Shown in pieces: positions 17,502 to 27,932 of a DNA stretch of 64,000 bases. The notes under the pieces were generated by a model. It made no database searches. It was not told where the DNA came from and worked only from the letters and a program-made list of their open reading frames with translations. Location of the stretch: the IMG/VR virus record IMGVR_UViG_3300028835_001893. One strand, given 5' to 3'. The first letter of the stretch is position 1. Each line of letters starts with the position of its first letter. Origin of the DNA: an uncultured virus (IMG/VR IMGVR_UViG_3300028835_001893). Taxonomy: Duplodnaviria; Heunggongvirae; Uroviricota; Caudoviricetes. The position numbers and the translations under genes are program-made.

Positions 17502-17813
17502 ATGAGAGAGAATCCAATTACGGGTTATCTAGACAGGTTATATCAAACTGAACAGAAAGTTAGGATTGCTGTTAAACATCCTGGAATATTAGAAGTCCCA
17601 GAAGGAGGAGATGTTGAGAAACTTCCTTTGAGTCATTTCCAAGGTTTGATTAGAAAGAAGGGTTGGGAAGAAATTAGTAAAGCTCTAATAAACCTAAAAG
17701 TTTGGATGAAGAAGTCGAATCCAAAAATTTCTAAATGGGCAGACGATACTCAAGAGAAATTGGCTAAGTGGGTTGAAACTCAAAGAGAAAAAACACCTGA
17801 ATTTGGTGATTAA
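17502..17813 (+). CDS. Hypothetical virion-associated protein
   Basis: ORF with AGGAG RBS in a late block. Confidence 0.6.
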   Translation: MRENPITGYLDRLYQTEQKVRIAVKHPGILEVPEGGDVEKLPLSHFQGLIRKKGWEEISKALINLKVWMKKSNPKISKWADDTQEKLAKWVETQREKTPEFGD

Positions 17814-17842
17814 TTAACAAACATTAAAAGGAGACTTAAATA

Positions 17843-18295
17843 ATGTCTGCAAGATTGATAGGTACTGAAGTTACGTACTCGATGCCTCCAAATATCATTG
17901 CTACGTGGGAGATTACGGATGCTACTGCTTTAGTAGAACTTAAACTTCCTGGTCTTGCGAATGATGAACCTTCATATCGACAAATGCCAAATCTCAGAAC
18001 GACTGGAGGAAAGTCATACGCTATACAGTTACTTGTGTTTTCGATTTCTGGCGGCTCAACAGATTTTAATATGAGAATTCTCAATATAAATGATGTTACT
18101 AAACTTAATACGATTTATGAAGTCTTATCTTATGATAGTATTAACTTAGATCATTCAGATGAGAATTTTCAAGATTTTGTTATTAAGAACCGAGATACTC
18201 CAGTAACTAATAGTTTGTATGTGTATCTTGAGAATGCTTCTGGAACTACATTACTTTCTCTAACTTATGTTACTTTACAAGATCGACCGTTTTAA
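17843..18295 (+). CDS. Putative structural protein
   Basis: 150 aa, beta-rich, AAGGAG RBS. Confidence 0.65.
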   Translation: MSARLIGTEVTYSMPPNIIATWEITDATALVELKLPGLANDEPSYRQMPNLRTTGGKSYAIQLLVFSISGGSTDFNMRILNINDVTKLNTIYEVLSYDSINLDHSDENFQDFVIKNRDTPVTNSLYVYLENASGTTLLSLTYVTLQDRPF

Positions 18296-18314
18296 AAAAT
18301 TTGGAGGCAAATAA

Positions 18315-19838
18315 ATGGCAGTACGGACAAAACCAGCAATACCAGCTTCTGCTGTTGCAGGTGTTATGACAAATCCAGCTGCTTCTAACCTTGATATGAA
18401 CAACAAAAGTATTAATAATGTCAAGGATACTTCTTTGGGATTTAAAAGTGGTGGTTCTTTAACTAGGGCTAACTATCTTGATTCAATCTCTAAGAAGCAT
18501 GCCCAGAATACAGATATTTTACTCTTAGATGGGCATTTTATACCTACTCCTATGCCTACATATGGCCCTAACATAGGTAGTGCATCTCCTCAACAAGCCG
18601 ATGTTAATGCCGTTAATGATAATGTGTTTTATGTAGCTCATATTAATTGGGATACAAAACCTGCTTTGAGGAAGACTGTAGATAATGGTGCAAATTGGCC
18701 AGCTGCAATTCTTATACATGATCTGGCTGCTCAAGATACAATCAGGCTTGAGACTATAGATGTTAATAACATTCTAGTCATTTTTGGAAAAGATAGTGAC
18801 AAGCTCTATTTCAAGAAGTCTGTTAATGCTGGGGTTGACTGGGCTGGTCTGAAAGAGGTCTCTAGTAATATTCATGTCAGGTGTGCTGACATTTGTTCAT
18901 TGGATGGGACCACAATCTACGTATTTTTCATAAGTGGGGTCGATGATTGTCTCTATCTTACAAAGTCAGTCAATAGTGGTGCGAATTGGTCATCCCCAGT
19001 TAAGGTCTATGCAACAGCATATACTTCTCCCCAAGCTGTGAGATGCGAGATTATTAGTGTTGATTTAATTTATGTTACAGTCTCTGAAGCAAGCAATCTA
19101 CACTTTCATAAGACTCTTGATGGAGGTACTAGTTGGACGAAAGTTGATATTGATACTGGTGGTACATACGGGTTGTCCGATTTGTCTGTTGTTGATGCCG
19201 ACAATATGGTTATAATTTATGTCGATTCTTCTGGTGGGAACGATACGTTTGTTTCTGTTACTGAGAATGGGGGAGCAACCTGGACTAAACGAGATTTTAT
19301 GGTTGGTACTGGAGTGGGTGACGTCGCGATTTGGGCCTACACCAAAGAGATATTTTTAGCTATAGGTAGATATACTGCTTCTACTGGTAGAGTTTGGTAT
19401 TCCGCAGATTCTGGTAGGAGCTGGGTGCGTTTGAGAGCAGAGAGTAGCGATGCTGTTGGACAAAGTACTTTTTCTGCTATTGCTGGTAATTCATTAGCTG
19501 GTTTTATGATTCTTAGTCATCAAACAAATACTTTCTACATATTTAGGCGGGACGAACTCAAAGTAGCATTAGGTAACCCTTCCAATCTTTGGAGTATTCC
19601 TCTTGGGGGATTATTGGATGCTTATAATAAGAAACATCAAAAGGATCATGATGATTACCTTGACAGGCTTGGTACTTTTGAAGTTTCAGCATCTTCAATA
19701 AAAGCTGGGCTAACTAAGTTAGCTAGTGGAAATTGGGAAGGTTATTTTGATGATGGTGTAAATTTTAAAGTTACAGTTTCTGATGGGCTTATATTCAGTG
19801 TTGGGGGCTCAGAAGCGGGTGGTTATGAAGAAGATTAA
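18315..19838 (+). CDS. Asp-box (BNR)/sialidase-like beta-propeller virion protein
   Basis: Repeated S/T-x-D/N-x-G-x-x-W: TVDNGANW, SVNAGVDW, SVNSGANW, TLDGGTSW, TENGGATW, SADSGRSW. Confidence 0.8.
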   Translation: MAVRTKPAIPASAVAGVMTNPAASNLDMNNKSINNVKDTSLGFKSGGSLTRANYLDSISKKHAQNTDILLLDGHFIPTPMPTYGPNIGSASPQQADVNAVNDNVFYVAHINWDTKPALRKTVDNGANWPAAILIHDLAAQDTIRLETIDVNNILVIFGKDSDKLYFKKSVNAGVDWAGLKEVSSNIHVRCADICSLDGTTIYVFFISGVDDCLYLTKSVNSGANWSSPVKVYATAYTSPQAVRCEIISVDLIYVTVSEASNLHFHKTLDGGTSWTKVDIDTGGTYGLSDLSVVDADNMVIIYVDSSGGNDTFVSVTENGGATWTKRDFMVGTGVGDVAIWAYTKEIFLAIGRYTASTGRVWYSADSGRSWVRLRAESSDAVGQSTFSAIAGNSLAGFMILSHQTNTFYIFRRDELKVALGNPSNLWSIPLGGLLDAYNKKHQKDHDDYLDRLGTFEVSASSIKAGLTKLASGNWEGYFDDGVNFKVTVSDGLIFSVGGSEAGGYEED

Positions 19839-19919
19839 TAATTTAACGGAAATGGGATAATTGAATGTGAAATCTTAACTTTACAAGATCGACCATTCTA
19901 AAAACCTAGAGGTAAATAA

Positions 19920-20165
19920 ATGGCAGAACGAACAAAACCAGAAGAAGCTGCTGGTGGTGGTGTTTCCGCTCCTGAAAATATAGCTGACCATACAATTGTT
20001 AGAGGTAGTGATGGAGCAAAGGGAGTGCAGGGTACTGGTATAACTGTATCGGACACCGACGACGTTGTACTGCCAACAACATCAAGTCTCACATGTCCTG
20101 AAAAGATAGTCATTCCATTAAACGAACCCACAGATTTAGTTAACGGTTGTATATGGATTGCATAA
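19920..20165 (+). CDS. Short tail-fibre-like protein
   Basis: D.TIVRG.DG..GVQ.TGI...D.. motif; shares its N-terminus (MA.RTKP) with 18315. Confidence 0.6.
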   Translation: MAERTKPEEAAGGGVSAPENIADHTIVRGSDGAKGVQGTGITVSDTDDVVLPTTSSLTCPEKIVIPLNEPTDLVNGCIWIA

Positions 20166-20176
20166 AGAGATAAGAT

Positions 20177-22090
20177 ATGTCTTTTATAGAACTAAATGAT
20201 ACTTCATATAGAGTAGAAAGAAAGACCTCTAATGTGGTTGAGATAGGTGATGTTAAACAAAGTAATTTTTATCCACAGGTAAAATTTCTTCGTTGGGACA
20301 ATGAATGTAATTTTTCTATTCGTCTAAAGGAGGATATTGAAGGGGGTTCTCATAAAATAATAAATGATAAAATTTGCTGGAGTTCAAAGAATAAGAAATT
20401 AGAAGTCAATCTATATGATTTACCTGTTTCTCCAACAGAAGGTGGTGAGATTTGTTGCACAGAGGAAGGGGGATTTGAACTCGAAACTATTTTATACGAG
20501 AAGCCTGACAGTAATATTCTTGAATATACTATTGAAAGTAAAGAATTGGATTTTTTCTACCAGCCTCCACTAACACAGGAAGAAATAGATGAAGGATGCT
20601 TTGCACCAGAAAATGTAATAGGTTCTTATGCGGTATATCATAAAACGAAGAAAGATAACTATTCAAGAATAGGTGGGAAGAATTACAAGACAGGTAAAAT
20701 AGCACATATCTATAGACCTTATGCAATTGACTCAGAAAACAAAAGAGTGTGGTGTGAATTAAATATAGATGAGAAAAGATTTGGAAGAGGTCAGCAACTT
20801 GTATTAACTATAAGTATACCACAAGATTTTCTTAATACTGCTATTTATCCTATAACGGTTGATCCTATTTTCGGTTACGATACCTGTGGAAGTTTAAGTA
20901 CATCAATGCCAGCTGACTATGCTTATGCTACGAAAGTTGTTATACTAGGAGATATAACTGACCCTAAGAGTATCACATCTTTATCTGCCTGTTGTAATGT
21001 AGCTGCTGGTTCAACTAATATTAAAGGAGTTATATGGACGGATGCAATACCTGGTGTTATAGTAAGTAATGCTATTACTCCTGCTGTATTAGTTGACACG
21101 GTCAAAGAATTTAAAACGGGAACATTTGGTACATCCCCAGAAGTAACAGCTGGTAATTATTATGTTGGTATAGTAGTTCAGGCTACTGTTTCTCTTTATT
21201 ATGATTCTGATACAGGTTCATTCAGAGGAGACAATGAAAATAACTATGGTACTCCAGAAAATCTAGCTGTAAATATATCTGGATCTGGTAAAAAGTATTC
21301 TGTATATTTTACTTGGTATGAAGGATTTACTAACGATCCTATAACAGAAGAACTGCATTGTAAAGGTAGTACTAATCCAGATCTAACTTCTGATAATTTC
21401 GACGATAATTCGTTAGGCGCTTGGTGGACGACAGGTAACAGTTATGGCGTTTATACTATAAATGAACAAAATAATAGGTTGGAATTGACCGCTGATGGAG
21501 ATGCACAAGCAGCTGTATCTCAGTCAATAGTAGGTAATTTTGATGTAAGCGCAAAACTTGTTGACTATGGAGGATCAGGCGGATTTCTTTTGTCATGTGA
21601 TTTAATGTACAGGGATGGGATTACTTCTTTCTATATTGGGGCTGTAAGTTTTAATGGTGGTTTAAGCTGGGTATTAGAGTGGACTGGTGGAAGTACAACG
21701 ATACCATCTACCCCTTTTTGGTTAAGAATGACATTAACAGATGGCACAGCAAAAGTTTATTCATCAACAAATGGTACTGAATGGACAGAGAGAAGTTCTA
21801 AGAGTATGGGGCCTTCCGGTGGAGTAGATTTAGAGTGTTATGTTTACGAGAGTCCAGATGATGCATATGTTTATTGGGATGATTTTGTTGTGACAACTGT
21901 TTTTTCAGTACAGAATATGAAAATTTATCCTAATTCAAATGGTATAGCCAATTATCTTAATGCTTATGTTGGTGCGGTAAGATATATTCCCTTATCTTCA
22001 AATTTAAGTCACATCCTTGCAACAAGTTTAAGAGTAAGAAAAGGTGGAGTAACATATGCAGTGTTATCAGAAAGAGATGTGTGGGAGTAA
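20177..22090 (+). CDS. Large virion/tail accessory protein with a lectin (ConA-like) C-terminal region
   Basis: N-terminal domain with NV.GSYAVYH, K..HIYRP and YPI.VDP.FG; DNFDDNSL..WW lectin-like domain. Confidence 0.6.
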   Translation: MSFIELNDTSYRVERKTSNVVEIGDVKQSNFYPQVKFLRWDNECNFSIRLKEDIEGGSHKIINDKICWSSKNKKLEVNLYDLPVSPTEGGEICCTEEGGFELETILYEKPDSNILEYTIESKELDFFYQPPLTQEEIDEGCFAPENVIGSYAVYHKTKKDNYSRIGGKNYKTGKIAHIYRPYAIDSENKRVWCELNIDEKRFGRGQQLVLTISIPQDFLNTAIYPITVDPIFGYDTCGSLSTSMPADYAYATKVVILGDITDPKSITSLSACCNVAAGSTNIKGVIWTDAIPGVIVSNAITPAVLVDTVKEFKTGTFGTSPEVTAGNYYVGIVVQATVSLYYDSDTGSFRGDNENNYGTPENLAVNISGSGKKYSVYFTWYEGFTNDPITEELHCKGSTNPDLTSDNFDDNSLGAWWTTGNSYGVYTINEQNNRLELTADGDAQAAVSQSIVGNFDVSAKLVDYGGSGGFLLSCDLMYRDGITSFYIGAVSFNGGLSWVLEWTGGSTTIPSTPFWLRMTLTDGTAKVYSSTNGTEWTERSSKSMGPSGGVDLECYVYESPDDAYVYWDDFVVTTVFSVQNMKIYPNSNGIANYLNAYVGAVRYIPLSSNLSHILATSLRVRKGGVTYAVLSERDVWE

Positions 22091-22131
22091 TAATATACAG
22101 TTCTGTAAAGGACGTCATTATAGGAGAAGTA

Positions 22132-22977
22132 ATGAACCTTCAAGACTATCTAATATTACTAGAATACGATAGAATTGTAGAGGACTACTCCTTTGTTGAT
22201 TATGAAATGTATTGTGAAGCATTAGATTTAGTTATGTCTAACAAGTTATCAGAAGAGTTTTTTCTAGAACATTTATCAGAAGGTCTTTGGGACCAGATTA
22301 AGAAACTCAGACTTTCCAGAGAACTCGTCCGAGTTTTCTCAGAACTAAAAACAAGTCTTATAAAGATATCTAAGGAATTTAAAATCAATACGTCTACTAT
22401 CGTTGCGTCGTTCAAACAAAGAGATATATTTGGTTTACTAAAAGCTTTTGCGTTTAATCTCAGATTGATTTTCAGAGCTCTTAATGAACTATCTGGATTT
22501 ATCAGAAATGGTTTGTTTGAAATTTTCAGAGAAATCTTTAGATTAAAGATATTTGAAAAAGTGAGAAGAGGCGCTATGAAAGTAGATGAAGTACTAAATC
22601 GTTATCCTCTATTAAAGAAAATTACTGGTATTGTCTTAGCAGGGTTAATTCTTTATATGTGGTTACATATGACTTTCATTGGAGACCTTGAATATGACTT
22701 TAATTTTGAAACTATTGTATTAGCTCTCAAAGGTGTTTTTACAATTGAAAGTTTATTTGTAAGTCCAGAAGGACTTATGTTAATAACATTGTTTGGAGTT
22801 GGAACTGTTTTTGGTCTGTCAGTTCCTTGGATGGGAAAGTCTTTATATAATCTTGGATTAGCCCTATTCTATACTGCTTATGCAAAATTAAAAGAATTGT
22901 GGGGAAAACCAGAACATAAAAAGACAGTAGCTAAGATAAGACGAAAACTTAAAGTAGTAAGACTAACAAAAAAATAA
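22132..22977 (+). CDS. Membrane protein
   Basis: Start at ATG 22132 (AGGAG RBS); several hydrophobic helices. Confidence 0.65.
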   Translation: MNLQDYLILLEYDRIVEDYSFVDYEMYCEALDLVMSNKLSEEFFLEHLSEGLWDQIKKLRLSRELVRVFSELKTSLIKISKEFKINTSTIVASFKQRDIFGLLKAFAFNLRLIFRALNELSGFIRNGLFEIFREIFRLKIFEKVRRGAMKVDEVLNRYPLLKKITGIVLAGLILYMWLHMTFIGDLEYDFNFETIVLALKGVFTIESLFVSPEGLMLITLFGVGTVFGLSVPWMGKSLYNLGLALFYTAYAKLKELWGKPEHKKTVAKIRRKLKVVRLTKK

Positions 22978-22986
22978 ACAAAAAAA

Positions 22987-23017
22987 TGGTAGAGGAGATT
23001 CTAAGTCCCCTCTACCA
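22987..23017. terminator. Hairpin between convergent genes
   Basis: TGGTAGAGG/CCTCTACCA stem preceded by an A-tract (U-tract on the minus strand). Confidence 0.65.
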
Positions 23018-23051
23018 CTCGCCATTATACCGAGGCACGAACCGGTATAAT

Positions 23052-23762
23052 TTACTTGCCTACCTTAAGTGCTGTCCACTGTAACCAGGGATTATCCTTA
23101 ACAGTAGCTTTGGCACCAGCGATACCAGTACCGCCACCAGCAACACTTCCGGCAGTTTCATCATGGTTAATCGATGCACGAGTCATTGCGAGACCAATAC
23201 CCCACCCGAAGGACTTCAACTCTCGATTTACACCTTCAGCATTCATGTGGATAGCATTAGCACCCATTTTGGCTGCTCGAACACAGGCCATCGCAAACAC
23301 ACCAACCGAGTTGGCACCGTTTTCTGACTTGCTGGTTCCGAAACCAATAACAGCAGCGTTTTCAGCTTTCCCATTAGAAACGATGACTCGGATAGTCTTG
23401 GCCAGGACCTTCTTATCCGTGATCAACTCATGCTTCTTTACCAGTTTATCCTTGATGAGGATATTCTGGAGGTCTTTAAGCTTCCAAACGTTGGAATACA
23501 GAACGATCTGTTTCATACTCCGGAAGTTTGAAGACGCCATGGCTGGGCCAGAGTAACCGATTAGACCAGGATAGTGATATTCCGGGGCCATTGGAAAAGC
23601 TCTTGGAATAGGAGCACCAATTTGGTTTACAACAGCGACAGCCTCAACATTAGCCTCAGCCGTAATACTGTCATCGTCTATATAGTCAAGAAAAGCCATC
23701 GCTGGCATGGTGAACACAAACAATAACGCAATTATTGAAAGACTTATGATTAACTTTCTCAT
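23052..23762 (-). CDS. Secreted protein
   Basis: Sec signal MRKLIISLSIIALLFVFTMPAMA. Confidence 0.75.
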   Translation of the reverse strand: MRKLIISLSIIALLFVFTMPAMAFLDYIDDDSITAEANVEAVAVVNQIGAPIPRAFPMAPEYHYPGLIGYSGPAMASSNFRSMKQIVLYSNVWKLKDLQNILIKDKLVKKHELITDKKVLAKTIRVIVSNGKAENAAVIGFGTSKSENGANSVGVFAMACVRAAKMGANAIHMNAEGVNRELKSFGWGIGLAMTRASINHDETAGSVAGGGTGIAGAKATVKDNPWLQWTALKVGK

Positions 23763-23872
23763 AACTTTTTCTCCTTAAATCTTAAGTTAGTAACTATGTT
23801 CCTTTCAAGTTGTTAACATTTTAAGGTTTGAGACTGATCATAGAAAACAGTCCCCACCAGGTTAAGATTGTC

Positions 23873-24949
23873 TTAGTGAACCGTGCTGGTCACACTCATA
23901 CCTGCACTGGCAGTATTGATACTTCCGTTCATGTTTTTGGCAGTAGTAACAGATGTAGCACTGTAACCATTAGCACTTCCAGTGTAGTTGGTGTTCAAAG
24001 GACCTGACCCACTATAGGATCCAACTGCATAAGCTCCTGCTCCACCTATACCTGGGGCGTTCTGTACAGTCGCCGTTGCAGCAAAACCACCAGCAGTCCA
24101 TCCGCCATCAACATTACTATAGGCAGGTGGGCCAGGTGGGCCAGGATTGCCATTAGGTTCGTAACCATTAACGACGTATCCGACGCCGTATCCGTAAGAT
24201 TCGATGTCGGTTCCAGCACCAACATATGTACCCATACCTTCGGTTTTATACCCATTATGCCAGCCTACAAACCGATATGATTCGGAGTATGAGTAACCAT
24301 CCATGGCAATTTCGGCATCTATTTCAACCCCTAAAGGGGTAGAGCCTGTATTGATACTGCCCTCGCCATGGAAACAACCGATAGAACCCTGACCCGCAAT
24401 ACCACCGGAAAATCCCTCAGTGTCAAAATACCGAGGAGATTCGGTGACATAGGAAGCATTCAGAGTACCCTGAGTAGCGGCACCACATATTTGAGTTGCG
24501 GCATTACCAAAACCATTGGGATCAACTCCGATTCCAGCACCAGCACCAGTAATGGCTTCATTTTCGCTGTGACTTCCAACACCAATTCTCTTATCACCAA
24601 GAGGATTTTCATCTTGATCTTTTGGTGTCCAACGATAGGCATCCGTTCCAGAGAGGCCACCACCGATAGTGTAAACATCACCCGAAGTAGTTCCACCGTC
24701 TATATAGCCATAAGCACTGGCTCCGGCAAGTCCACCGGCTCCGCTGATACCAAACGCTCCACCATTGGGAATCTTTTTCCAATCAATATCACATCCAGCA
24801 CCAAATGATCCAGCTCCGATATTAAACGATCCAGTACTAATGACCGCACCATCACCATCAGGATGATCATTAAGATCATTTGCCAGGGCCATCCCGGTAA
24901 ACGTAAAGATTAACGTTAACGCAAAAAGTAATGTAAATAACTTTTTCAT
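23873..24949 (-). CDS. Secreted Gly-rich protein
   Basis: Signal MKKLFTLLFALTLIFTFTGMALA; Gly/Ala/Ser-rich body. Confidence 0.8.
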   Translation of the reverse strand: MKKLFTLLFALTLIFTFTGMALANDLNDHPDGDGAVISTGSFNIGAGSFGAGCDIDWKKIPNGGAFGISGAGGLAGASAYGYIDGGTTSGDVYTIGGGLSGTDAYRWTPKDQDENPLGDKRIGVGSHSENEAITGAGAGIGVDPNGFGNAATQICGAATQGTLNASYVTESPRYFDTEGFSGGIAGQGSIGCFHGEGSINTGSTPLGVEIDAEIAMDGYSYSESYRFVGWHNGYKTEGMGTYVGAGTDIESYGYGVGYVVNGYEPNGNPGPPGPPAYSNVDGGWTAGGFAATATVQNAPGIGGAGAYAVGSYSGSGPLNTNYTGSANGYSATSVTTAKNMNGSINTASAGMSVTSTVH

Positions 24950-24990
24950 AATCTTTTCTCCTTCTTAACATTATCTGTTAGTTGTAACTA

Positions 24991-25053
24991 AATCTTAAAC
25001 AAAAATGGACTTTAACTTGTTCTTATTTATTTCACCTCCTCTTTTTTAGAAGA
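24991..25053. repeat. 63-bp exact direct repeat, also at 27229-27291
   Basis: AATCTTAAACAAAAATGGACTTTAACTTGTTCTTATTTATTTCACCTCCTCTTTTTTAGAAGA occurs in both leaders. Confidence 0.9.
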
Positions 25054-25098
25054 AAGACAAGTCCTTGGCCTCTCCTCCGTTTATTCGGTTAAGTCACT

Positions 25099-25190
25099 GA
25101 GAATCGGAAAGTTTAACCGCCCGAGCTTTTGGTTGTTTGTTTCTCGTCCCTCAGCTGAACTTTCAAATCATCAATGATTGCGAGATCAAC
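25099..25190 (-). pseudogene. Degraded, internally deleted copy of the 3' end of gene 27350-27883
   Basis: Matches about 27336-27372 (TCGGAAAG.TTAACCGCCCGA) and about 27513-27560 (TCTCGTC.CTCAGCT...CTTTCAAATCATC.ATGATT). Confidence 0.7.
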
Positions 25191-25290
25191 ACCACCGCCA
25201 TTAGTCGGGGTAGAGTAGCTAATTCACTAAGGCTGGAAGACCATCTGTTTGGACAGTCTTCCAACCTCGGGCACCTCACAATAGGTGAGA

Positions 25291-27186
25291 CTATTCGGAT
25301 GTTGTACCTATAAAGCAAGGACCGTTATCATCACCTCGTAGTGGCGCTGGTTCAGGCTCCGGTTCTACATTAACGATACAGATATCAGTAGATTGTAGGC
25401 CACCATCGTCGATCACAAGAAGTAGAAACTCCAGGCGTGTACCGCTAGGAGCAACAATTGGAGTCACAAAAGTGGGCTGAACAGCGGAGGCATCTGACAG
25501 GGTTACCGGGGGCCCAACGGTCTGAGTCCAGAGATAACCTTGAATCTCACCATCCGCATCCTTTGAATCGGACCCATCAAGGGTAACCGTGACACCCTCA
25601 CCCACCACTGTTTGATCAACTCCTGCATCTGCGATGGGAGGATTGTTATCCCAAGTTACATTGACGATACAAGTATCCGTATCTTCCAGTCCCTCATTAT
25701 CTGTAACTGTTAGTTGGAAGGTAAATGACTCACCATCTGGTCCAACATCTGGAGAGGTGAAAGTTGGTTGAACTGCATTGATATCAGAAAGGGTCATTGA
25801 GATTCCACTCGTCTGCCCCCACAGATAAGAAACAATCTCACCATCCGCATCCTTTGAATCGGACCCATCAAGGGTAACCGTGACACCTTCATCCACATTT
25901 TGGTCTAATCCAGCATTCGCAACTGGTGTGCTGTAAAGTTCTTCCAACCAAGGACAGTAGTCTACATTATTACTTACGCTATCACCTGTGCCAGATGTCC
26001 ACATGTCATTAACATAGACACCACCGCAAGGTGGAACCATTACATCCCCAATATCATCAAATGGGCCAGAGGCGTCACCCCACCAGTTGTTCTCGGCATC
26101 AAGTATATAGGTCGTATGAACGTTACAGACAGCTCCCACATACGTCTCGTCTCCACTAGTCCATTCAAGACCTGGATTGTTCACAAAGTTATTGTAATGA
26201 ACTACATTACCACCACCCATTGCAGAACCGCAGCGTATGGCAAAATCATTGTCATGTAGGTCATTGTACTGAATAACGCTGTTGGCAGCACCTGACTCCA
26301 TCTTGACACCAGTATGACAGTTGTACGCTTCATTATGCTCAACCACCGTACCGCTGGTATTTTTAGCCAGGGCAAAGGCATTCTGGACATTAGAGATGGT
26401 ATTATAAGCAAACGTGATGTTAGCTCCGGCATTATAGGTTCCTATACCCGTACTCCGATATGTTTCTCCAGTATATGATAAGTCTGTTACAGTATTGTAA
26501 GTAGCCGAACCATTCACACCTCTAAGGAAGAATATGCCATTGGGAACTCCTGCTGATGCATCACCTGGTCCGTTAATTACATTGTGGTGATAATTAGCTG
26601 TCATTGTTTCACCAAGAGCATATATTCCTGCCCTAGTATAGACTTCTACACTACAACCGGTTACCTCTAGGCTAACAGATTCAGTTATAGCAGCGGCAAA
26701 TATACCTGCAGTACGATCAGGCAGAGTTGAGCCTCCATTGACTGTCACGCCTTCTACTTTGCCACTGGTCTCAAGGTAAACTAGACCACCTTGCCAAGTA
26801 GTTGATTTGCTGGTAATTAGAGATCCGTCAATTTGTAGATCTCTTATGGTAACTTCACCACCAGCCGTCTCAACAGAGACTATTGCTGACATAGTACCAG
26901 TACCGCCACCAATCCAAGGAATGCTAGGTGTAGGCATCAATTCTGGTCCAGATGGCTGAATAATAGTGGTCTCACCAGCACCTTGAAGTGTTAGACTTTT
27001 GTTGTAAATAACCACCTGCTCATCATAGGTCCCCGCCGCCACGTTGATGATATCACCAGATGTAGCACCATCAATTACCGCCTGAATGGTTCCATCGCCA
27101 GGAACATTCCATTCTACAGCATTTGCTGTGATGCTAAAAGCAAACATAAAAACTACTACTGCACAAATTGTAAGTAACTTTCTCAT
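25291..27186 (-). CDS. Secreted right-handed beta-helix protein with two PKD-like repeats and a truncated CFI-box-like tail
   Basis: Signal peptide; TIQAVID.A..GD.I.V.AGTY.E; parallel beta-helix repeats; two P.A.AG.DQ.V..G.TVTLDGSDSKDADGEI..YLW.Q repeats; ends GPCFIGTTSE. Confidence 0.8.
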   Translation of the reverse strand: MRKLLTICAVVVFMFAFSITANAVEWNVPGDGTIQAVIDGATSGDIINVAAGTYDEQVVIYNKSLTLQGAGETTIIQPSGPELMPTPSIPWIGGGTGTMSAIVSVETAGGEVTIRDLQIDGSLITSKSTTWQGGLVYLETSGKVEGVTVNGGSTLPDRTAGIFAAAITESVSLEVTGCSVEVYTRAGIYALGETMTANYHHNVINGPGDASAGVPNGIFFLRGVNGSATYNTVTDLSYTGETYRSTGIGTYNAGANITFAYNTISNVQNAFALAKNTSGTVVEHNEAYNCHTGVKMESGAANSVIQYNDLHDNDFAIRCGSAMGGGNVVHYNNFVNNPGLEWTSGDETYVGAVCNVHTTYILDAENNWWGDASGPFDDIGDVMVPPCGGVYVNDMWTSGTGDSVSNNVDYCPWLEELYSTPVANAGLDQNVDEGVTVTLDGSDSKDADGEIVSYLWGQTSGISMTLSDINAVQPTFTSPDVGPDGESFTFQLTVTDNEGLEDTDTCIVNVTWDNNPPIADAGVDQTVVGEGVTVTLDGSDSKDADGEIQGYLWTQTVGPPVTLSDASAVQPTFVTPIVAPSGTRLEFLLLVIDDGGLQSTDICIVNVEPEPEPAPLRGDDNGPCFIGTTSE

Positions 27187-27349
27187 AATTGTTTCTCCTT
27201 CTTATTCTTAACATTTTTCGGTTAATTGAATCTTAAACAAAAATGGACTTTAACTTGTTCTTATTTATTTCACCTCCTCTTTTTTAGAAGAGAGACAAAC
27301 TTCTCGTCTCTCTTCTATTATTTAGTAAAGGTCCTTGAGATCGGAAAGA

Positions 27350-27883
27350 TTAACCGCCCGACCCTTTGGTTGCGTCTGCGAGAGCGGAAAGGTTAACGGG
27401 TCGAGTCTTTTTACTATTCAATTCAGCGTTCAACTCAATGACCCGTTTCTGCGCTTGATCATAGGCGACCTTTATACCCCTGTTCTGCTCGACAAGGTCT
27501 TTGACTGCTTGTCTCTCGTCTCTCAGCTTGGCTTTCAAATCATCGATGATTACAAGAACTGACCTGCCAACATCAAGGTCAGTCAACTGCCTCCTGTAAG
27601 GCCGAGTCTGTTTTTTCGTATCTGGAGTTTCAGTTGGTCTTTCTTTTCTCCTATCACTTAGGACTGCAATCTTTTTGTAACAGAACTTACCGTCCAGTTT
27701 TCCCTCGATAACTGCCTCATTCCGAGGTATCCGATGGGACAAGAACCCCGAGACTATCTTTATGGTAGATTTATCTAACTTTGCTCTTTCCATGAGTTCC
27801 TTGGAAGTGATCTTGTCACCTATCGCAAGTTCCTCCCAAATCAATCTGGCTTGACCATGTATTGACATACCTTGTATTGCCAT
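27350..27883 (-). CDS. Putative DNA-binding (wHTH-like) coiled-coil protein
   Basis: AAGGAGG RBS; ITSKELMERA.L N-terminal segment and a C-terminal coiled coil. Confidence 0.55.
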   Translation of the reverse strand: MAIQGMSIHGQARLIWEELAIGDKITSKELMERAKLDKSTIKIVSGFLSHRIPRNEAVIEGKLDGKFCYKKIAVLSDRRKERPTETPDTKKQTRPYRRQLTDLDVGRSVLVIIDDLKAKLRDERQAVKDLVEQNRGIKVAYDQAQKRVIELNAELNSKKTRPVNLSALADATKGSGG

Positions 27884-27932
27884 TTTGTTTCCTCCTTAGT
27901 TAGTAATTAAATCATGTTTATAAATTTACTTC

